Assembly: GCA_963751345.1 (NCBI GenBank)
Contig: CAVVUS010000047.1
Span: forward strand, 1 to 64,000
Direction: 5' to 3'
DNA from: an uncultured Chloroflexia bacterium
GTDB lineage: Bacteria > Chloroflexota > Anaerolineae > B4-G1 > SLSP01
Length of the DNA stretch: 64,000 nt
In this document: positions 21,937-32,245 of the stretch, piece by piece
Position numbering within the stretch: the first letter of the stretch is position 1
Layout of the letters: each line of letters begins with the position of its first letter
The notes under the pieces: generated by a model
What the model was told of the DNA's origin: nothing
Seen by the model: the letters and a program-made list of their open reading frames with translations, nothing else
Databases searched by the model: none
Made by a program: the position numbers and the translations under genes

Positions 21937-24606
21937 TCAGCCTCCTGGGAGCGATCTCTGCCGTCTCGCGCTCCGTAGTGCGCCTCTCACCAGCGCCTGC
22001 TCCTCCTCGCGGGTCCGTGCTGTGCCGTTGAGATGCGCATCTCTCAGGGCATTGAGGATGTCACGGAAGAGCGGCCCCGGCTTGAACCCCATCTCCTTCA
22101 GGTCGTCACCATCCAGGATCGGCTCGACGTTGCGCCAGCTTTCCACGTACCGGATGAGTTTTTCCCGAACCGTGGCATCCTCGGATACCAGGCGCCCGAG
22201 CGCCAGCGCCTCCAAGCCGAAAGGGTCGAGTTCCGAGGCGATGTCGCTGGGCCGCTCCAACGCAGAAAGCCGCGCCAGTGAAGCTTCCAGTGGCTCTCGC
22301 GCCCCGTGCAGCTCGGCGACGTACCCCGGCAGCTTGAGCCGGACCCGGAGAAGTTCGAACGCCTTATCATCGAGCCGGTAGGTGAAGAGCGCCCAATGCA
22401 GCGCGAGCATGCCCTGGGGTGTGTCCATCTCCCAGCGACCCGCGGCGAACTCGCGCCGGAGCAGCACAAACCTATCGGCGAGCCACGCGTCGCTCGTGAG
22501 GCCGGGGCTGATGCACTTCAGGGCGCCGAAGTCCTCCAGGCGATCCAGTGCCGCCTCGGGCTTCCCTTCCTGGAAGATGAGGTCCAGCTCGTGGCGGATT
22601 CGCTCGCCGGTGACCCGATCCAGGAGCGGTAGTGCATCGGAAATCAGCGCCTCGCTGCGCTGATCAATGCTGAAGCCCAGGCGTGCCTCGAACCGCGCAG
22701 CTCGGAGGATGCGCGTGGGGTCGTCCACGAAGCTCAGACTGTGCAAGACCCTGATCACGCCCGCTTCGAGGTCCGCCCGCCCTCCGTAGAAATCGAGCAA
22801 CTCACCCCATCGCTGCGGGTCAAGCCGGATCGCCATCGTGTTGATGGTGAAATCCCGGCGATGAAGGTCCTGTTTGATCGAGCTTCGCGCCACCAGGGGC
22901 AGGGCCGTCGGATGTTCGTAGAACTCCGTCCGAGCGGTGACAAGATCGACGAAGGTCGGCAAGCTCCTGGCAGAGGATGCGCCGGCCTCCTGTGCTGCGT
23001 GGCCCCTCGCCCTAGAGAGCATCTCATCCCAGATGCCCTCGGGCAGCAGCCACTTGGACGTGCCGAACCGGCTGTGGCTGCGGATCTCTCCGCCATACAG
23101 CCTCGCCAAAGTGCGACCCAGCTCAACAGCGTCACCCTCGACCACCAGGTCGACGTCCACGAGGTTAAGACCCAGGAGGAGGTCCCTGACGATGCCCCCG
23201 ACGAAATAGATGACATAGCCTGCATCCGCTGCCCGGGCCCCGATCTCCCGAATCAGCGCCAGTACGGGCGCGGGGATCGCCTGGTCCATCAGGTGCGCGA
23301 TGCGCTGGCGTTCTGAGGACTTGGCGGAGGAGGGGTGCAAGCGAATCATGTCGGTTCGTGTGACGACCCCGATGACGTGGCCGTCATCGGTGACGGGGAT
23401 CTGCCCCCAACCTGACTGGATCATCAGCGCCCTGACGTGCTCGACAGAGTCCCCGGGCGACACCGTGATCGACCCCGGCTGCATCACCCGGCGAACCGGC
23501 TGTTGCCCGAGCCGATGCTGGATGCTGCGGTCCACGGCGTTCCGCGTGACCAGTCCTACCACCTGCTGCAAGCTGTCGACGACCGGGAAGCCCTCGTGTC
23601 CCGTCTGCAGCATCTGTCGCGCCACCTTCTCAATGGTATCGTCGGGGCTGACGGTTCGCACACCGTAGGACATCAGGTCGTGCACTTTGACGCGGGGCTG
23701 TACGTAGCCCGGCAGTGTCTCTCTTAGCTCATCGAAGAGTGTCTGCGCGGACCGGTCGCGGATGAGGGCAGCCGCCGCCCGATCGTGTCCACCCCCGCCG
23801 AAGTGCTCCGCCACCGCTGCAACATTGATGTCGTCGGTCGCGCTGCGGGCGACCATCTGCACGTTATCGCCGATCTGCACCAGGATGAACAGCGCGCTGG
23901 GCTCCAGCAGGTTCCGGAGCTTGTGTGCCAGCGTGGAGACCTCTTCCTCCGTGTCGGGTGGCGAGAGCGCCCAGCTCAAGATCACCGGGTGCCCATCGAT
24001 CTCAAGCGTCTCCATATGGTCGCGCAGGCCCGCGTAGATTTGCTGCTGGGCGGCCGTCAGCGGGTGTTCGAGGAACTCCGTGGCGATCTCCAGGTCCCCG
24101 CCCTGATCGATCAACCACGCTGCGGCGCGCAGGTCGCGCGGCGTCGAGGAAGCGTACGTGAGGCTGCCGGTGTCCTCATAGATCCCGGCCAACATCAGCG
24201 TGGCCTCGATCGGCGCGATCGGGATCAAGCGCGCCGAGATTGCCTCGGCGAGGAGCGTCGTCGCCGCGCCGAGAGGCTCTCCTTGGAAGCGCCACCCCTC
24301 CGGCGTGGTCTCGGGCGGCACGTGATGATCGATCACGAGAACCTGGCTGACGTCTTGACCCATCCCGCGGACAAACGTGAGCTTCGACGTGTCGACGAGG
24401 ATCACGCGCTGGATGTGCTGTCCTCGTGGCAGCTCATCCGGGCTCACGAAGGGAAAGCCCGGACCGTAGAGGGACAGGAACGCCTGCACGTTGCGATTCA
24501 CGCGATGCGGCAGTACCGGCTGCGCACCCGGATAGAGCTTGTGCGCGGCCAGCAGGCTGGCGATCGCGTCAAAATCGGCGTTTTCGTGTGTGAGTATGAC
24601 TTGCAT
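21937..24606 (-). CDS. cca: DHH-CBS-fused tRNA nucleotidyltransferase (CCA/A-adding type)
   Basis: THENADFD, VIDHH, GGGHDRAAA, CBS pair, VGGIVRDLLL, DVDLVVEG, DLHRRDFTIN, DDPTRILRA. Confidence 0.92.
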   Translation of the reverse strand: MQVILTHENADFDAIASLLAAHKLYPGAQPVLPHRVNRNVQAFLSLYGPGFPFVSPDELPRGQHIQRVILVDTSKLTFVRGMGQDVSQVLVIDHHVPPETTPEGWRFQGEPLGAATTLLAEAISARLIPIAPIEATLMLAGIYEDTGSLTYASSTPRDLRAAAWLIDQGGDLEIATEFLEHPLTAAQQQIYAGLRDHMETLEIDGHPVILSWALSPPDTEEEVSTLAHKLRNLLEPSALFILVQIGDNVQMVARSATDDINVAAVAEHFGGGGHDRAAAALIRDRSAQTLFDELRETLPGYVQPRVKVHDLMSYGVRTVSPDDTIEKVARQMLQTGHEGFPVVDSLQQVVGLVTRNAVDRSIQHRLGQQPVRRVMQPGSITVSPGDSVEHVRALMIQSGWGQIPVTDDGHVIGVVTRTDMIRLHPSSAKSSERQRIAHLMDQAIPAPVLALIREIGARAADAGYVIYFVGGIVRDLLLGLNLVDVDLVVEGDAVELGRTLARLYGGEIRSHSRFGTSKWLLPEGIWDEMLSRARGHAAQEAGASSARSLPTFVDLVTARTEFYEHPTALPLVARSSIKQDLHRRDFTINTMAIRLDPQRWGELLDFYGGRADLEAGVIRVLHSLSFVDDPTRILRAARFEARLGFSIDQRSEALISDALPLLDRVTGERIRHELDLIFQEGKPEAALDRLEDFGALKCISPGLTSDAWLADRFVLLRREFAAGRWEMDTPQGMLALHWALFTYRLDDKAFELLRVRLKLPGYVAELHGAREPLEASLARLSALERPSDIASELDPFGLEALALGRLVSEDATVREKLIRYVESWRNVEPILDGDDLKEMGFKPGPLFRDILNALRDAHLNGTARTREEEQALVRGALRSARRQRSLPGG

Positions 24607-24627
24607 AGAGGCATCTCTCGATTTGCG

Positions 24628-24636
24628 ATTATAGCA
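24628..24636 (-). promoter_or_regulatory. Extended -10 promoter of the nucleotidyltransferase gene
   Basis: TGCTATAAT on the minus strand. Confidence 0.65.
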
Positions 24637-24666
24637 TGGATGGGCTTTGCCGCCTTTCACCCTCTC

Positions 24667-24858
24667 AGTCCCCGGCACTTTCCGCAGTGCCGGGGACTTG
24701 TTGTGTAGAGCCTCAGGATGCAGCTCAGCCTGCGTCACGGGCCGCCGGCACCTTGATGTGGCGACAGCCACGACCGCAGGACCCGTCGGCCCACAGCCAC
24801 GACCGCAGGACCTGTCGTCCCAAGTGCCGGGGACTGCAGAAAGTCCCCGGCACTGCAG
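24667..24858. repeat. Composite repeat: two AGTCCCCGGCACT hairpins around a 29-bp tandem repeat
   Basis: Inverted pairs at 24667-24698 and 24823-24854; ACAGCCACGACCGCAGGACC unit at 24764 and 24793. Confidence 0.85.
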
Positions 24859-24910
24859 AGCCTCCGTGCCACTTTCCATCTATGGTCTTGTGAAGTAAGA
24901 TGGCGGTGCT

Positions 24911-26156
24911 ATGTGGGACCAACTGAACCTGTTCGCGCAGCCAGATCGACCCGCTAACCGTGAGTGAGGTCACGAGCCGGATACGCACGCTGATCGAGCG
25001 GGAGCCGGTCTTCCAGGATCTGTGGATCGAGGGAGAGGTCTCCAATCTGTCACGAGCCTCCTCAGGCCACGTCTACCTTACCCTGAAGGATGCCGGCGCT
25101 CAGATCGGCGGTGTGATCTGGCGGAGTCAGGCCCAGGGAATGGTGTATTTGCCTCGTTCAGGCGACCAGGTCCTCGCACACGGCCGAATCGGCCTGTACG
25201 AGCAGAGCGGGCGCTACCAGATCTACATCGACTTCGTCCAGCCTGCGGGCCGCGGTTCGCTCTACCAGGAGTACGAACGGCTCAAGGCGCAGTTGGAGTC
25301 AGAAGGGCTCTTTGACGAGGCAAGGAAGCGTCCGCTTCCGCCGTTCCCGGCGTGCATTGGCGTGGTGACCTCGCCGGCGGCTGCGGCCCTGCGCGACGTG
25401 CTGCACGTCTTGAGCCGCAGGTATCCCCTTGCGCGAGTGCTGCTATCGCCCACGCTGGTCCAGGGAGAAGCGGCGCCACCTCAGATCGTGGACGCCCTGG
25501 CGCGGCTCAATGCCCGCGACGACGTCGACGTCATCCTCGTGGTGCGAGGTGGCGGCTCGCTGGAGGACCTGTGGGCCTTCAACGACGAGCGGGTGGCCCG
25601 CGCGATCGCGGCCTCCCGATTGCCGGTGGTGTCGGGGGTGGGACACGAGACGGACTTCACCCTCGCCGATTTTGCGGCGGACCGGCGCGCGCCCACACCG
25701 TCCGCCGCTGCGGAGGTCTCGACACCGGCACTCCCCGAACTCGAAGCCGGGCTGTGGCAGGCACGCGCGCGCATGGCGCGGGCGATGGCACTGCAGCTCT
25801 CGGCGCGCCGGGAGAGGGTGGATGGTGTGCTGCGGGCCATCCAGCATCTCTCGCCGATGGCACGGATCACCGGGGCGCGCCAGAGGGTGGACGACCTGGT
25901 GACGCGGCTCGAAGGCGCTTTTCACTACCACTTTGCGATGACGCGGCGCCAGGTCGATGGGCTGGCTGCGCGGCTGGTCTCTCTGAACCCCGACGCCGTT
26001 CTGACGCGGGGGTACGCCATCGTGCGAGATCGGGACACCGCCAACGTGTTGACATCGGCGCACGACATCTCGCGCGGGCTACCGCTCAGGCTGCAGTTCC
26101 GGGATGGCGAAGCATTCGCCGTCGGTGACACGCCTAACGGACCCACCGAGGGTTGA
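24911..26156 (+). CDS. xseA: Exodeoxyribonuclease VII large subunit (probable +1 indel near the 5' end)
   Basis: LWIEGEVSN, SGHVYLTLKD, RGGGSLEDLWAFNDE, GVGHETDFTLADFAAD.RAPTPS. Confidence 0.95.
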
Positions 26157-26185
26157 CCTGCCGGGGACCCCGTCTGCGTGAAGCT

Positions 26186-26213
26186 TTGACAATAGCCGCC
26201 GCTGGGGCATAAT
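26186..26213 (+). promoter_or_regulatory. Sigma70 promoter, probably giving a leaderless rnd transcript
   Basis: TTGACA-16nt-CATAAT with ATG 8 nt downstream. Confidence 0.6.
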
Positions 26214-26220
26214 GGGCAGC

Positions 26221-27396
26221 ATGGACTCTGATACGAACCGAACCGTTGGCGAAGTGCTGCCCTCCCCTGATGTGTGCGATCTGGAGGTCGTGGACACGCC
26301 AGAGGCGCTGCTGGCGTTGGCCGAGACCCTGATGTCGCAGTCGCGTGCGGCAGTGGATACGGAGGCGAACAGCCTCTACGCGTACCGCGAGCAGGTCTGT
26401 CTCATCCAGATTTCGGTGCCAGGAACGAATTACCTGGTCGATCCCCTTGCTCTGGACACTTTGGCACCGCTCGCCCCCTTCTTCGAGACGGACGACGTCG
26501 AGAAGGTCTTCCACGCCGTTGACTACGATCTGATTGTGCTGAGGCGTGACTTCGGGTTCGAGGTAAGTACGATCTTCGACACTATGTGGGCCGCGAGGGT
26601 GTTGGGTTGGCCGAAGGTCGGTCTCGCGGATATTATGAGCACCTACTTCGGCGTGCACGCCAACAAGCGGTTCCAGCGATACAACTGGGGCAAGCGCCCC
26701 CTGGATCCCGAAGCATTGACCTATGCCTGGATGGATAGCTACTATCTGCTGGCCCTGCGTGAGATCCAGAAAGCAGAGCTGCAGCGGACAGGACGGTGGG
26801 AGGAAGCTCAGGAGATCTTTGACTACCTCTCAGCGACGGTGGAGGTCCCACCGGACGACAACATCGCCAAGCATTTCTGGCGCCTGAAGGGTCTCCACGC
26901 CCTCTCTCACAACGATCGGCGGCGTCTCTTCCAGCTCTTTGAGTGGCGCGAGCACGCCGCGCGGGAGTTGGATCGTCCGCCTGTGATGGTTATGTCCAAC
27001 CGGCGCCTGATGCGGGTGGCCCACATCCAGCCTCACACGCGCGATGAGCTGGTATCCGCCGGACTCACGCCCGGACAGGTCAGGCGGTTTGGGACGGACA
27101 TCCTCAAGCTGCTTAGCTCGAGGGACCTTCCCGAGTTGCCGGAAGAGCCCCACAACCACCGACTGCCTGACGACGTCGTCGACCGATTTAACGCCTTGAA
27201 GGCCTGGCGCAAGGATGTGGCAAAGCTCCGCGGGGTGGACTCCGATGTAATCCTGCCGAACGCCGCGTTGTGGGAGCTGGCGAAACATCCACCTCAGGAT
27301 AGCTGCGTCGCTGTTGGAGGTGCCCGGGATAGGCCCCTGGCGTCAGAGGACCTATGGGCCGGATCTGCTCCAACTGGTGGCCGACTGAGAGGGTAG
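26221..27396 (+). CDS. rnd: Ribonuclease D family exonuclease with HRDC domains
   Basis: AVDTEANS, VCLIQIS, KVFHAVDYD, IFDTM, WGKRPL; two HRDC domains; 3' end looks frameshifted. Confidence 0.88.
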   Translation: MDSDTNRTVGEVLPSPDVCDLEVVDTPEALLALAETLMSQSRAAVDTEANSLYAYREQVCLIQISVPGTNYLVDPLALDTLAPLAPFFETDDVEKVFHAVDYDLIVLRRDFGFEVSTIFDTMWAARVLGWPKVGLADIMSTYFGVHANKRFQRYNWGKRPLDPEALTYAWMDSYYLLALREIQKAELQRTGRWEEAQEIFDYLSATVEVPPDDNIAKHFWRLKGLHALSHNDRRRLFQLFEWREHAARELDRPPVMVMSNRRLMRVAHIQPHTRDELVSAGLTPGQVRRFGTDILKLLSSRDLPELPEEPHNHRLPDDVVDRFNALKAWRKDVAKLRGVDSDVILPNAALWELAKHPPQDSCVAVGGARDRPLASEDLWAGSAPTGGRLRG

Positions 27397-28794
27397 ATGA
27401 AGATCACGTTCCTGGGGGGCGTCGGCACCGTGACCGGGTCGATGTACCTCATCCGCACCAATCGCAACCATATCCTGCTGGACTGCGGGCTGTACCAGGG
27501 ATCGCGGCAGGAGGCTCTCAATCGTAACCGGAAGCTCCCCATTGACGTGAGCCGCCTCGACGCCGTGATCTTGTCTCACGCCCACATTGACCATTCCGGC
27601 AATCTTCCCACGCTTGTCAAGGCGGGGTTCGATGGGCCGATCTACACGACACACGCGACCCGCGATCTCTGCGGTGCTATGCTGCCCGACTCGGGGCGCA
27701 TCCACGAATACGACGTCGAATACGTCAACAAGCGCCGTGCGAAGAAGGGTGAGCCACCCGTCGAGCCTCTCTACACGGAGGAGGACGCGCTGCGCTCGCT
27801 GCGCTACTTCGTAGGGATCGGCTACGATCGCCCGACGCAGGTCGCCCGCGGGATCCACGTGACTTTGCTCGACGCCGGACACATACTCGGGTCGGCGATC
27901 GTACTTATCGAGTCCGTCGAGCGCGACAGAGTCGTGCGGCTGGTTTTCTCCGGTGATCTCGGGCAGCCTGACCTGCCCATCGTCCGCGACCCCACACCGA
28001 TGCCTCCTGCGGACGCTCTGATGATCGAGAGCACTTACGGGGATCGTGAGCACCCACCGCTCGAAGATATCAAGCGCGATCTGGCGAAGGTCGTCAACGA
28101 CGTGGTCGACCGCGGCGGGCGCATTGTCATCCCGGCCTTCGCAGTGGGGCGGACGCAGGAGCTTGTGTACCATCTCCACCAGCTCACGTACGAGGGTCGG
28201 ATCCCGGAGATACCGATCTACGTTGACAGCCCGTTGGCGGTGAACGTGACCGAGGCCTTTCGCATGCACCCGGAATGCTATGACCGCGAGACCCGCAACT
28301 TTCTCGCAGAGAGCGGGGATCAGGATCCCTTCGGTTTCTATCGGCTGAGATACGTTCGCAGCGTGGAGGAGTCGAAGTCGCTCAATACGGCCAACAATCC
28401 GATCATCATCATCAGTGCATCGGGGATGGCGGAGGCGGGACGCGTCCAGCACCATCTGCTACACGCCATCGAGGATCCCCGCAACGCAGTACTGATCACC
28501 GGGTGGCAGGCGCCCAACACCCTGGGCAGGCGCATCGCCGATGGTGCGGAGCACGTTCGAATCTTCGGAGACGACTACGACCTGCGCGCCGAGGTGCACA
28601 CCTTCTACGGTTACAGCGCCCACGCGGATCGCGATGACCTGCTGTCGTGGGCGGCACCGCGCGCGCCGACCGTCAAGACGGCTTTTGTGGTGCACGGCGA
28701 TTCCGAGCCGGCCAAGACCCTGGCGACCGGGCTGGAGGATCTGGGCTACGGTCGGGTCATCGTACCCGGGCGTGGGGACAAGGCGACGCTCTAG
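27397..28794 (+). CDS. MBL-fold beta-CASP ribonuclease
   Basis: SHAHIDHSG, AGHILGS, FSGDLG, ESTYG, YSAHAD, VVHGD. Confidence 0.93.
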   Translation: MKITFLGGVGTVTGSMYLIRTNRNHILLDCGLYQGSRQEALNRNRKLPIDVSRLDAVILSHAHIDHSGNLPTLVKAGFDGPIYTTHATRDLCGAMLPDSGRIHEYDVEYVNKRRAKKGEPPVEPLYTEEDALRSLRYFVGIGYDRPTQVARGIHVTLLDAGHILGSAIVLIESVERDRVVRLVFSGDLGQPDLPIVRDPTPMPPADALMIESTYGDREHPPLEDIKRDLAKVVNDVVDRGGRIVIPAFAVGRTQELVYHLHQLTYEGRIPEIPIYVDSPLAVNVTEAFRMHPECYDRETRNFLAESGDQDPFGFYRLRYVRSVEESKSLNTANNPIIIISASGMAEAGRVQHHLLHAIEDPRNAVLITGWQAPNTLGRRIADGAEHVRIFGDDYDLRAEVHTFYGYSAHADRDDLLSWAAPRAPTVKTAFVVHGDSEPAKTLATGLEDLGYGRVIVPGRGDKATL

Positions 28795-28810
28795 CCGGAT
28801 TGCTGCCGCA

Positions 28811-30431
28811 ATGACGGTCACGACAGACGCTGCGGGTATGGACCTGCATGCCCGGCGCAGTTTGCTGGTCTCAGGCGCTCTGCTTGCGGCGCTCACGGCT
28901 GTGCTTTACGTCCGCACCCTGCACCCCGGTGTGGGGCCCTACCTCGACTCTATCCAGTACCAGATCACGACTTTGGTGATGGGGGTTTCGCATCCGCCGG
29001 GGTATCCCTTCTACACTTGGCTGGGCGCGCTCTTCGTCCACGGTCTGCCATTCGGCAACCCTGCCTATCGTCTCAACCTCCTGAGTGCCGTCACCTCTGT
29101 CGCCACGGTCGTGCTCATCCAGCGGGTGACCTACCGGCTGACCCATTCCGTAGCTTCGGCGACGCTGGGAGCGCTTTCGCTGGCGCTGGCGGTGCGATTC
29201 TGGTACCAGGCCACGTACGCCGAGCTCTATCCACTCTATAACACCCTCATCGCGGGTACATGGCTGGCGCTCCTGATCTACATGGAGACGCGGCGTCCTG
29301 GCGCGTATCTCGCCGCGGTTGTCCTCTACGCCCTGGCCTTTGGCGTCAACGTGCCGGCTATTGTCCTGCTGCCGATGTGGTTGTGGGCGGTGCTGTCGAC
29401 CGACACGCGCGCATTCTTCCGACCAAAGCGTCTTGGCCTGACCTTGGGCATCGTCGCCATCGTCGGGCTGCAGTATCTGTGGATCCCGGCGCGCGCCTTT
29501 GCACAGCCACCGGCCAAGTTCTGCAACTTCTGCCCCAGCGATTGGCGTGGGGTGGTGGATTTCTGGCTGGGAAAGCGATGGTGGGGGATATCGTTCGGCC
29601 TGCCCGCCCGATACTGGCTGCAGCGTTGGGCCGACTCCGGTTACCAGTTGATGCTGCAGTTCTGGCCGATCGGCGTGATGGTGGGCGGGATCGGCGCGTA
29701 TGCCCTGCTTCAGAAGAGCATCCGCGTGGCGATGACATGCTTCCTGGGTCTTGCCGGCGCTTGGTTCTTCGTCTCGACCTACGCCGTCGTCGATTGGTCT
29801 GACTTCATGACGCCCGTCTATCTCTTCTTTGCGCCCTTGATCGGGGTTGGGGCGCAGATGGGCTGGCGTTGGCTGCGCAGCCGTGTGGCGATATGGCGGC
29901 CCCGGCTTGTGCCAGCCGCGCGAGGTCTCTGCCTGGCGCTGGTGGGCGCCGGCTTTGTGCTCGTGATGCAGAACAACTATCCCATTGCCGACCAGAGCGG
30001 CAAGACCGATTGGCACGCGTGGGCGCGGGACCTGTTGCCACAGTTCGAAGATGGGGCCTGGCTGCTGACACCACCTACTGCGACGGACGGTTTCGTGCAG
30101 ACCTGGGTGTTGCGCTACATCTCGTGGGCGGAGGATCTGCACCCCGAGCTGACCGTCGTCTATGTGCCGGACGGTTCCTTCGATCCGCCCGGACCCGCGC
30201 CCTACTACCTCACCTGGAAAGCTGCGGAGCCTCACCTCCGCGAGCACCCGGTCTATCTGATCGAACTCAACGATCCGCGGGTGGCCAACTGGGCGCTGCT
30301 GCCGATCAAGCGCGCCGGACGGCTGGACGATCGGCTACCGCGTGGTGGGCGAGCGGTCCGACGACGGCGTGATCCCTTGGGTCAGCAGCGACGTGTGGGC
30401 GACGATCAAGGATGACGTGGTGATGCCGTGA
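28811..30431 (+). CDS. Second DUF2723/TMEM260-like glycosyltransferase
   Basis: DSIQYQI...GVSHPPGYPFY, FWYQATYAELY, many TM helices; late frameshift. Confidence 0.8.
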
Positions 30432-31285
30432 TGGCCCCTCACGCGACGTGGCGTTTGCTGTTGGAGCCGCACCCGAGGCCGGGCGCGCTCAACATGGCCA
30501 TTGACGAGGCCGTGCTACGCTCGGTGGCAGCCCGGAAGGCGCCACCCACGGTCAGGTTGTACGGCTGGGCGCCGCCGGCCATGACGCTGGGGCGGGGGCA
30601 GCGCTACGCCGACGCCGATGTCGTCGCACTGCGGCGGGACGGCATCGACCTGGTGCGGCGCATGACAGGCGGGACGGCGGTCCTCAACCGGGACGAGCTC
30701 ACCTACACTATCGCCGCGACCGACGGGGAACCCCGTTTCGTCGGCAGCATCGCAGAGAGCTACCGCGGCGTCAGCGGCGCGCTGCTGTACGCGCTGGAGC
30801 GCCTGGGACTGGCGTATGCGAAGGCCGAGGGCCGGGGGCCAGGCGAGCCAAGGGGTGAAGGGGCTGGGGGGCCGGACGATCTCTCAGCGCCCTCCCGCAA
30901 CCGCACGCCGGTCTGCTTCGAGATCCCGTCGGACTATGAGGTGACGGTAAGCGGGCGGAAGCTGGTCGGCAGTGCGCAGATGCGCGTGCGCGGTGGCATC
31001 CTGCAGCACGGCTCGCTGCCGCTCACGGGCGACATCGGTGACATCAGCCACTACCTCGTCGACCGGCCCGACCCCAACCGGATCCGTTCGCATGCGCTGA
31101 CGCTTTACGACGCGCTCGGGCGCCTGGTGGCGTGGGAAGAGGCTGCGGAGGCGCTGGCTGCGGGCATCCGCGAGGCGCTCAACGTGACGTTGCTCCCCAG
31201 CCCGCTCACTCCTGACGAGCGGACGGAGATCGAGCACCTGCTGGCGGAGAAGTACGCCAATCCCGACTGGACCGCGCGACTTTGA
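30431..31285 (+). CDS. Lipoate-protein ligase / octanoyltransferase family
   Basis: NMAIDEA, VRRMTGGTAV, CFEIPSDYEV, GRKLVGSAQ, LQHGSL. Confidence 0.9.
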   Translation: MAPHATWRLLLEPHPRPGALNMAIDEAVLRSVAARKAPPTVRLYGWAPPAMTLGRGQRYADADVVALRRDGIDLVRRMTGGTAVLNRDELTYTIAATDGEPRFVGSIAESYRGVSGALLYALERLGLAYAKAEGRGPGEPRGEGAGGPDDLSAPSRNRTPVCFEIPSDYEVTVSGRKLVGSAQMRVRGGILQHGSLPLTGDIGDISHYLVDRPDPNRIRSHALTLYDALGRLVAWEEAAEALAAGIREALNVTLLPSPLTPDERTEIEHLLAEKYANPDWTARL

Positions 31286-31365
31286 GGGTGCCCGAGACGC
31301 ATTTATAATGCACGGGTGTAAGGACGCCATGCTCGCAGGGCGTTCAGGCTTGTTTGCCGGCCTCA

Positions 31366-31546
31366 CTAGAGCCTGTTATGCACTTTGAGTGACGCACTTG
31401 GTATCATGAGGGTATGGAACGTAAGCGATACCCTAGTGATGTCAGTGACGACGCGTGGGCGCCGGTGGCGCCGTATCTGAGCCTTTGCGATGCTGATGGC
31501 TCGTCATTTCGTCACACTGATGGCGGAGAGTTCATACAGGCTCTAG
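31366..31546 (+). mobile_element. Internally deleted IS5-family element (about 180 bp)
   Basis: Inverted ends CTAGAGCCTGTTATG / CATACAGGCTCTAG; transposase N-terminus MERKRYPSDVSDDAWAPVAPYL joined to C-terminus-like AFAMLMARHFV. Confidence 0.85.
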
Positions 31547-31703
31547 GAGGTCGCGGGCGACGCCAGGTAGCCGCTGCGTCGTACAGGGTAGTAGCGACCA
31601 CAGGCTCTGAGCCCGTGCCGGGAACTCAACGAGGGCGTACGCATCTGGGTCAGAAATGAGTCGGTGAACAACGCTGATGACGCTTCGTGCTTGTGTCTGC
31701 GTT

Positions 31704-31798
31704 GTAGAGACGCCCCGGTGGGGCGTCTTCCGGCGACGTGACAAGGTTCTGAAGCCGTAGCGCGCCTCGCCGGAGACGTGGCACCGCCACGTCTCTAC
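31704..31798. repeat. GTAG-type REP doublet in inverted orientation (REPIN-like)
   Basis: GTAGAGACGCCCCGGTGGGGCGTCTTC ... GGAGACGTGGCACCGCCACGTCTCTAC. Confidence 0.85.
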
Positions 31799-31915
31799 GA
31801 GATGCGTACGCCCTGGGCACTCAACCTTTGCGCTCGACCTCAGAATGGCTACAATGACTGGTGACAGACCCATCGGTCACGGCTCAACACCAGGACCCCC
31901 TAGAGGAGCATCGCA

Positions 31916-32030
31916 ATGCCCCTGACCACAGGACAGGTACTCCAGAATCGGTACCGTATCGTCGCTCTCCTGGGCGAGGGCGGGATGGACGCCGTGGACC
32001 GGGCTGAGGACCTAGGCTTGAGAGTGTCTG
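31916..32030 (+). pseudogene. 5' fragment of a Ser/Thr protein kinase gene
   Basis: GAGGAG RBS, MPLTTGQVLQNRYRIVALLGEGGMDAV.RAED (subdomain I), then similarity stops. Confidence 0.8.
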
Positions 32031-32123
32031 TACCACCATGCCGACCTACAAGAGGTCGGCGTGCAGGAGCAGCCGCACTTGAGAACTCCGGATGGGCCGG
32101 TGACGAACTGGTAGGAACCTAAT

Positions 32124-32219
32124 GTGATCAAGCCCCCAAAGCTGCAGGCCGGCGACAGAGTGATGGCCGGGTCCTCCTCGTGGGGCGGGCCGGGGGCCAT
32201 TCCCCACCGGTATCCTTGA
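32124..32219 (+). pseudogene. 5' fragment of an S66 peptidase (LD-carboxypeptidase/MccF-like)
   Basis: (V)IKPPKLQAGDRV..SSSWGGPGAIPHRY then stop. Confidence 0.65.
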
Positions 32220-32245
32220 GAACGCTGTGGTTGAGTGAGGTGTTG

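Noticed and set aside
24764-24821. 29-bp direct repeat as a CRISPR remnant
   Set aside because: Two adjacent copies with no spacer
24607-24879. 91-aa N-terminal extension of the nucleotidyltransferase in the ORF track
   Set aside because: It translates repeat DNA upstream of the TGCTATAAT promoter; the real start is most likely MQVILTH at 24606
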